Origin: Enterobacteria phage GiZh | Direction: 5' to 3' (one strand) | Length of the DNA: 64,000 bases | Sequence record: NC_054903.1 | Shown: positions 57,918-64,000 of the stretch, piece after piece | Numbering within the stretch: the stretch's first letter is position 1 | Layout of the letters: every line of letters begins with the position of its first letter | The notes under the pieces: model-generated | The model's database searches: none | What the model saw: only the letters and a program-made list of their open reading frames with translations | What the model was told of the DNA's origin: nothing | Translations under genes and position numbers: made by a program

Positions 57918-57972
57918 ATTAAAAAAGGCCCAACCAAAAAGGAAGGGCCAAAACTATAGACTAAAGGTCACA

Positions 57973-58140
57973 CTATAGCAAAAGTTGTGTTTCATTTAAT
58001 TGTTCTTCCGAACTTTCTGAAACTGGTAGTTCTTTAATGTAATTATAGCAAGGCCCAGGATGTACAGGACCTTTGTCTGTTTCAACAACCAATGCAGAAT
58101 CGATTGGAGTTTTACAGACAACGCAAATCTTATCTGACAT
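57973..58140 (-). CDS. small Cys-containing protein (uvsY.-2 position)
   Basis: Hand-translated 55 aa ORF MSDKICVVCKTPIDSALVVETDKGPVHPGPC...; below track cutoff. Confidence 0.4.
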   Translation of the reverse strand: MSDKICVVCKTPIDSALVVETDKGPVHPGPCYNYIKELPVSESSEEQLNETQLLL

Positions 58141-58168
58141 GATTGTCTCCTCTGAATTATATATCTAT

Positions 58169-58393
58169 TTATACAACTCTCATATGCATATCAATGCCCA
58201 TATCTTTAGAATAAAAATATTCATCAAGATATCCAGCAAATTTTCCTTTAATATAAAGGACATCTTCACCACACGGGTGGTCGGCCAGGATACGAATATC
58301 CTGACGCTTAAGATTATGCTTTTTCATTAAGAATTGAATCTCAGTTTCAAATTCTTCTTCATAATTAAAAGCATCATCAATGCTATATCTCAT
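58169..58393 (-). CDS. hypothetical protein (uvsY.-1 position)
   Basis: 74 aa; ATGA overlap with uvsY stop. Confidence 0.6.
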   Translation of the reverse strand: MRYSIDDAFNYEEEFETEIQFLMKKHNLKRQDIRILADHPCGEDVLYIKGKFAGYLDEYFYSKDMGIDMHMRVV

Positions 58394-58806
58394 TATTTTC
58401 CAGCCTCAAATGCTCGCATGTCTTGAATATGCTTAATAGCAAATCCGCGTGATTTAATAGCATCAAGAGCTCCGCTACAGAAATCCAATAAAATCCCCCA
58501 ATACTGTAACGAGGTATCAACCTTTAAAACATCCTTATCAGCTGATAGAACTGTTTTCATTTCTGATTTCTCGTAACGATCCATACTAAATTCATCACCA
58601 TCTCCTCGTCCCGAGTAGTAGTCTAATTTAGCTTTAAGAGCAACTTTTTTCTGTGCATCAATTCTAAGCATTTCCTTTTTAATACTTGAATGCTTATTGA
58701 GCCATTTACTATATAACATCACATTATTAGCTGCTTCATACTGCAATTTAGTCGAATCTATAAACACATCTTTCTTCAATTCTTCTTGAAGATCTTCTAA
58801 TCTCAT
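58393..58806 (-). CDS. uvsY: recombination mediator UvsY
   Basis: 137 aa; MRLEDLQEELKKDVFIDSTKLQYEAANNVML... matches T4 UvsY. Confidence 0.95.
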   Translation of the reverse strand: MRLEDLQEELKKDVFIDSTKLQYEAANNVMLYSKWLNKHSSIKKEMLRIDAQKKVALKAKLDYYSGRGDGDEFSMDRYEKSEMKTVLSADKDVLKVDTSLQYWGILLDFCSGALDAIKSRGFAIKHIQDMRAFEAGK

Positions 58807-58840
58807 ATTGTTCTCTATTCAATTGTTATTGGATGGACTT

Positions 58841-58866
58841 AGATTCATTATACCACGTTTTAACGT
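58841..58866 (-). promoter_or_regulatory. MotA-dependent middle promoter upstream of uvsY
   Basis: Minus sense TGCTTCA (MotA-box-like) 13 nt upstream of TGGTATAAT. Confidence 0.55.
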
Positions 58867-58872
58867 GAAGCA

Positions 58873-59271
58873 TTATACTCTATTACTGGAAGCCAGTTGC
58901 AGTTTTATCTGCTCAATATCATCGGGGTTATCGATGACCGAAAAGCGTATTTCTACTATCAGAGTATAATCATCATAAACGGGTATCACATTAACTGCTA
59001 ATTTATCAATACGTGGCTCATAGTTTCTTACTGCGCTTTCGATATTGCGCTCAACTGTGTCAGCAGTAAGAGGAGTCATATTTTCAAAAAGTTGGTCTGA
59101 TAAATCACATCCAAATTCAGGGTCAAACGGTCTTGAACCTTTTCTTGTTGTAATAATTCCCAAAAGACTGTTTTTAATTGACCTTAATCCAAGCGATCTG
59201 GAAACGTCTTTGTTCCAATCCATTTTCATTTCCGGGTCAATGTCAGAATAAAGCTTATTAATATTTGACAT
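58873..59271 (-). CDS. 25: baseplate wedge protein gp25
   Basis: 132 aa, matches T4 gp25. Confidence 0.9.
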   Translation of the reverse strand: MSNINKLYSDIDPEMKMDWNKDVSRSLGLRSIKNSLLGIITTRKGSRPFDPEFGCDLSDQLFENMTPLTADTVERNIESAVRNYEPRIDKLAVNVIPVYDDYTLIVEIRFSVIDNPDDIEQIKLQLASSNRV

Positions 59272-59897
59272 TATAGTAACTCAAAGAACTCTTTGAGGCC
59301 TCTTATTACGTGAGCATGGGTTTTTCCACACTCTGGACACTTAATTGGAACAGCCAAATAAACAGTAGGCTTTAAAAGCATATCTTTTATAGCTACAATA
59401 TCTGACTCTGTGATGATAGAATATAAATCTTCCAGTTCCTTTTCGTTTAAGTCTTCAACTGGAATGCTTTCCCCGTTAGCATGAATCGTTTCTATACATG
59501 ATACTATCATGTGGGCTATATTTTTATCATCAAAAATTTTAGGGTATCGGAATTTAATTTTAATGTCACCCAGTATATACCAGAGGTCTTCTGGTGCATC
59601 TATTTGTGTATGTAATAGATTTATATGGGTTGGTATTTCAGTTCCACAGGTGCACTTCCAGGAGTTTTCGTGATTAACTTCACCGAGAGAATGTGCCCAT
59701 AAATGAATCAACAATAGTTCTGATTCTTGGCGGTTTAAATCTTTTGCATTTGTGCAGTCTTTGATTAGCTTTTTAACAATTACTTCTACGGAACCATTAT
59801 TTTTGGCAGTAATAAGTTCTAGATATTCTTTAAGCGTGAATGCGCGACAATTGATTATTTTAGAACCAACTCTCACATCAAATTTGTATTCATACAT
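59271..59897 (-). CDS. 26: baseplate hub protein gp26
   Basis: 208 aa; divergent from gene 51. Confidence 0.85.
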   Translation of the reverse strand: MYEYKFDVRVGSKIINCRAFTLKEYLELITAKNNGSVEVIVKKLIKDCTNAKDLNRQESELLLIHLWAHSLGEVNHENSWKCTCGTEIPTHINLLHTQIDAPEDLWYILGDIKIKFRYPKIFDDKNIAHMIVSCIETIHANGESIPVEDLNEKELEDLYSIITESDIVAIKDMLLKPTVYLAVPIKCPECGKTHAHVIRGLKEFFELL

Positions 59898-59918
59898 ATT
59901 TAGCTCCTTTATTTATCA

Positions 59919-59926
59919 TATTTATA
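59919..59926 (-). promoter_or_regulatory. late promoter for genes 26/25
   Basis: Minus-strand TATAAATA overlapping the plus-strand copy in ATATTTATAAATA. Confidence 0.5.
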
Positions 59927-59930
59927 AATA
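59923..59930 (+). promoter_or_regulatory. late promoter for gene 51
   Basis: TATAAATA 18 nt upstream of ATG at 59948. Confidence 0.6.
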
Positions 59931-59947
59931 GAATAAAAGGAGCATCT

Positions 59948-60697
59948 ATGGCAAACATTATTCGTTGTAAATTACCAGATGGTGTTCATCGTTTTAAACC
60001 ATTTACGGTAGAAGATTATCGAGATTTTTTGTTAGTTCGAAACGATATAGAACATCGGTCACCACAAGAACAAAAAGAAATAATTACTGATTTAATTGAT
60101 GATTATTTTGGAGACTATCCGAAGACTTGGCAACCATTTATATTTTTGCAGGTATTTGTAGGGTCAATAGGTAAAACTAAAGTACCGGTCACATTTGTAT
60201 GTCCAAAATGTAAAAAAGAAAAGACAGTTCCATTTGAAATATATCAAAAAGAATTAAAGGAACCTGTTTTTGATGTAGCTAATGTTAAAATTAAATTAAA
60301 GTTTCCTTCTGAGTTTTATGAAAATAAAGCAAAGATGATTACTGAAAATATTCATTCTGTTCAAGTAGATGAAATATGGTATGATTGGAAGGAAATTAGT
60401 GAATCAAGCCAAATAGAACTTGTTGATGCCATCGAGATAGAAACATTAGAAAAAATTCTCGATGCAATGAATCCTATTAATTTAACTCTACATATGTCAT
60501 GCTGTAATAAGTACATTAAAAAATACACTGATATAGTAGACGTGTTTAAGCTATTAGTTAACCCAGATGAGATATTTACTTTTTATCAAATTAATCACAC
60601 ACTCGTAAAAAGTAATTATAGCTTAAATTCAATAATGAAAATGATTCCTGCTGAGCGCGGATTCGTATTAAAACTGATTGAGAAGGATAAACAATAA
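59948..60697 (+). CDS. 51: baseplate hub assembly protein gp51
   Basis: 249 aa; late promoter at 59923. Confidence 0.85.
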   Translation: MANIIRCKLPDGVHRFKPFTVEDYRDFLLVRNDIEHRSPQEQKEIITDLIDDYFGDYPKTWQPFIFLQVFVGSIGKTKVPVTFVCPKCKKEKTVPFEIYQKELKEPVFDVANVKIKLKFPSEFYENKAKMITENIHSVQVDEIWYDWKEISESSQIELVDAIEIETLEKILDAMNPINLTLHMSCCNKYIKKYTDIVDVFKLLVNPDEIFTFYQINHTLVKSNYSLNSIMKMIPAERGFVLKLIEKDKQ

Positions 60698-61872
60698 TGA
60701 GTATGTTGCAACGCCCCGGATATCCAAATCTCAGCGTTAAATTATTTGATAGCTACGACGCTTGGAGTAATAATAGATTTGTTGAATTAGCTGCTACTAT
60801 TACTACATTAACTATGCGGGATTCTCTTTATGGCCGAAATGAAGGAATGCTACAGTTTTATGATTCTAAAAACATCCATACAAAAATGGATGGAAATGAA
60901 ATAATTCAGATTTCTGTAGCTAATGCAAACGATATTAATAATGTTAAAACACGAATTTATGGATGTAAGCATTTTTCCGTGTCAGTAGATTCAAAAGGCG
61001 ATAACATCATTGCTATTGAATTGGGAACTATTCATTCTATAGAAAATCTTAAATTTGGTAGACCATTTTTCCCTGATGCAGGTGAATCTATAAAAGAAAT
61101 GCTTGGTGTCATTTATCAAGATCGCACATTATTAACTCCAGCAATAAATGCTATAAATGCTTATGTTCCTGATATTCCATGGACTAGCACATTTGAAAAC
61201 TATTTGTCATATGTAAGAGAAGTTGCTCTAGCTGTAGGAAGCGACAAATTTGTATTTGTATGGCAAGACATCATGGGAGTTAACATGATGGACTATGATA
61301 TGATGATAAATCAAGAACCATACCCAATGATTGTCGGTGAGCCATCTTTAATAGGTCAATTTGTCCAAGAATTAAAATATCCATTAGCATATGATTTCGT
61401 TTGGTTGACTAAATCGAATCCTCACAAACGTGACCCAATGAAAAATGCTACTATCTATGCTCATTCATTTTTAGATTCTTCACTGCCAATGATTACTACA
61501 GGAAAGGGCGAAAACTCTATTGTGGTGTCAAGGTCAGGTGCTTATTCTGAAATGACTTATAGGAATGGATATGAAGAAGCTATTCGTCTTCAAACTATGG
61601 CACAATATGACGGCTATGCTAAATGTTCTACTGTCGGTAATTTTAACTTGACTCCTGGTGTTAAAATTATTTTTAATGATAGTAAAAACCAATTTAAAAC
61701 AGAATTTTACGTTGATGAAGTTATCCATGAATTATCAAATAATAATTCAGTAACTCATCTATATATGTTCACTAATGCAACGAAACTGGAAACAATAGAC
61801 CCAGTTAAGGTTAAAAATGAATTTAAATCTGATACTACCACTGAAGAAAGTAGTTCTTCCAATAAGCAATAA
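60697..61872 (+). CDS. 27: baseplate hub protein gp27
   Basis: 391 aa, matches T4 gp27. Confidence 0.9.
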   Translation: MSMLQRPGYPNLSVKLFDSYDAWSNNRFVELAATITTLTMRDSLYGRNEGMLQFYDSKNIHTKMDGNEIIQISVANANDINNVKTRIYGCKHFSVSVDSKGDNIIAIELGTIHSIENLKFGRPFFPDAGESIKEMLGVIYQDRTLLTPAINAINAYVPDIPWTSTFENYLSYVREVALAVGSDKFVFVWQDIMGVNMMDYDMMINQEPYPMIVGEPSLIGQFVQELKYPLAYDFVWLTKSNPHKRDPMKNATIYAHSFLDSSLPMITTGKGENSIVVSRSGAYSEMTYRNGYEEAIRLQTMAQYDGYAKCSTVGNFNLTPGVKIIFNDSKNQFKTEFYVDEVIHELSNNNSVTHLYMFTNATKLETIDPVKVKNEFKSDTTTEESSSSNKQ

Positions 61873-62350
61873 AGAAGTTTCTATTCCTAAAATGGGTCTT
61901 AAACATTATAACATTTTAAAAGATGTTAAAGGTCCTGATGAAAATTTAAAACTTCTTATTGATTCTATTTGTCCGAATTTGTCACCAGCAGAAGTTGATT
62001 TCGTTTCTATTCATTTATTGGAATTTAATGGAAAGATTAAATCTCGTAAAGAAATAGATGGTTATACTTATGACATTAATGATGTTTATGTATGCCAAAG
62101 ATTAGAATTTCAATACCAAGGAAATACATTTTATTTTAGACCTCCTGGAAAATTTGAACAATTTTTAACGGTGAGCGATATGTTATCTAAATGCTTGCTT
62201 AAGGTCAACGATGAAGTTAAAGAAATTAATTTTCTTGAGATGCCAGCATTCGTTTTAAAATGGGCAAATGATATTTTTACAACTTTAGCAATTCCTGGCC
62301 CTAATGGTCCAATAACTGGAATTGGCAATATTATTGGATTATTTGAATGA
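61817..62350 (+). CDS. 28: baseplate hub protein gp28
   Basis: 177 aa; overlaps gene 27 3' end. Confidence 0.85.
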   Translation: MNLNLILPLKKVVLPISNKEVSIPKMGLKHYNILKDVKGPDENLKLLIDSICPNLSPAEVDFVSIHLLEFNGKIKSRKEIDGYTYDINDVYVCQRLEFQYQGNTFYFRPPGKFEQFLTVSDMLSKCLLKVNDEVKEINFLEMPAFVLKWANDIFTTLAIPGPNGPITGIGNIIGLFE

Positions 62351-64000
62351 AAAAGCCACAAGAAATGCAAACGATGCGTAGAAAAGTTATTTCAGATAAT
62401 AAACCAACACAGGAAGCGGCTAAATCCGCTTCCAACACTTTATCTGGACTTAATGATATATCTACGAAATTGGATGATGCTCAAGCTGCTTCTGAATTAA
62501 TAGCTCAAACTGTCGAAGAAAAATCGAATGAAATAGTTGGAGCAATTGGTAACGTAGAAAGCGCAGTGAGTGATACTACTGCTGGTTCTGAGTTAATTGC
62601 TGAAACTGTCGAAATTGGCAACAATATTAATAAAGAAATCGGTGAATCACTCGGAAGCAAATTAGATAAATTAACAAGTTTACTAGAGCAAAAAATCCAG
62701 ACAGCTGGAATTCAACAAACAGGAACTAGTTTAGCTACGGTTGAAAGCGCTATTCCCGTTAAAGTCGTTGAGGATGATACTGCTGAATCTGTGGGTCCTT
62801 TATTACCAGCTCCTGAAGCAGTTAATAATGATCCTGACGCTGATTTTTTCCCTACCCCTCAGCCAGTTGAGCCAAAGCAAGAATCACCAGAAGAAAAACA
62901 GAAAAAAGAAGCATTTAACTTAAAATTATCTCAAGCTTTAGATAAATTAACAAAGACAGTTGATTTTGGATTTAAGAAATCCATTTCAATTACTGATAAA
63001 ATATCAAGCATGCTATTTAAGTATACCGTCAGTGCTGCTATTGAAGCTGCTAAAATGACTGCAATGATATTGGCTGTTGTTGTTGGAATAGACCTGTTGA
63101 TGGTTCATTTTAAATACTGGTCAGATAAATTTTCAAAAGCCTGGGATTTATTTAATACTGACTTTACTAAATTCTCTAGCGAAACCGGAACATGGGGTCC
63201 TTTATTACAGAGCATCTTTGATTCTATTGATAAAATTAAACAACTTTGGGAAGCGGGAGATTGGGGTGGATTGACAGCAGCTATTGTTGAAGGACTCGGA
63301 AGTGTTCTTTTTAATTTAGGTGAACTTATTCAATTAGGTATGGCTAAATTATCTGCAGCAATTCTTCGAGTCATTCCTGGTATGAAGGATACTGCTGATG
63401 AAGTAGAAGGAAGAGCATTAGAAAATTTCCAAAATTCTACTGGAGCATCTCTCAATAAAGAAGACCAGGAAAAAGTTGCAAATTATCAAGATAAACGAAT
63501 GAATGGAGACCTTGGTCCGATAGCAAAAGGATTAGATAAAATTGCTAATTGGAAAACTCGTGCATCTAATTGGATTCGTGGGGTTGATAATAAAGAAGCA
63601 CTAACTACCGACGAAGAACGCGCAGCAGAAGAAGAAAAATTAAAGCAACTTTCACCTGAAGAAAGAAAAAATGCTTTAATGAAGGCTAATGAAGCCCGTG
63701 CCGCAATGATTCGCTTTGAAAAATATGCTGATTCAGCTGATATGAGTAAAGACTCAACGGTTAAATCTGTTGAATCTGCCTATGAAGACCTTAAAAAACG
63801 GATGGATGACCCGGATTTAAATAATTCACCGGCGGTTAAAAAAAAANTTGCTGCTAGATTTTNTTAAAANTNATGCTACTTATCAAAAGCTCAAGAAGAA
63901 NCAGCCTAATGCCAAANCTGAAANTTCTGCTAAAACGCCAGAAGCAAAANAAANCCAGGGAATAGAAAAAAAAAAAGCACAGCAAGCTCCTGTTCAACAA
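62347..64000 (+). CDS. 29: tail tube length determinant gp29 (partial; 3' end beyond window)
   Basis: ORF open to window end; track stops at 63867 only because of ambiguous bases. Confidence 0.85.

Noticed and set aside
58073-58330. Plus-strand 85-aa ORF between uvsW.1 and uvsY
   Set aside because: Overlaps the minus-strand uvsY.-1 and uvsY.-2 ORFs, which fit T4 gene order and have coupling overlaps; the plus-strand frame is AT-rich low complexity.

Overview
This window is a near-complete match to a T4-type (Tequatrovirus-like) phage genome segment. Gene order, protein lengths and recognisable sequences (T4 lysozyme e, endonuclease V, Tk, rI, RegB, gp23 and others) agree with T4 as I recall it, but no database search was run. 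Coordinates 1-22688 are a minus-strand early/accessory region: rI, tk, regB, denV, e, nudE, many small hypothetical ORFs, four internal-protein-like genes, a 10-tRNA cluster, 57B/57A and genes 1, 3, 2, 4. Coordinates 22736-52662 are the plus-strand late structural block (53, 5, 6-12, wac, 13-24), followed by rnlB, hoc, inh, uvsW, uvsY, 25, 26, 51, 27, 28 and a 3'-truncated gene 29. I could not identify a clearly novel multi-gene system. The best candidates for undescribed biology sit in the hyperplastic early regions: internal-protein-like genes carrying capsid-targeting leaders, a macro-domain protein, a nucleotidyltransferase-fold protein next to a P-loop NTPase, tandem paralog families, repeated promoter/stem-loop cassettes, and a tRNA set larger than the eight I recall for T4. 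All calls rest on reading the sequence and the ORF track; tRNA and promoter coordinates were derived by hand and may be off by a few bases. Ambiguous bases occur at 2920 and 63847-63955.
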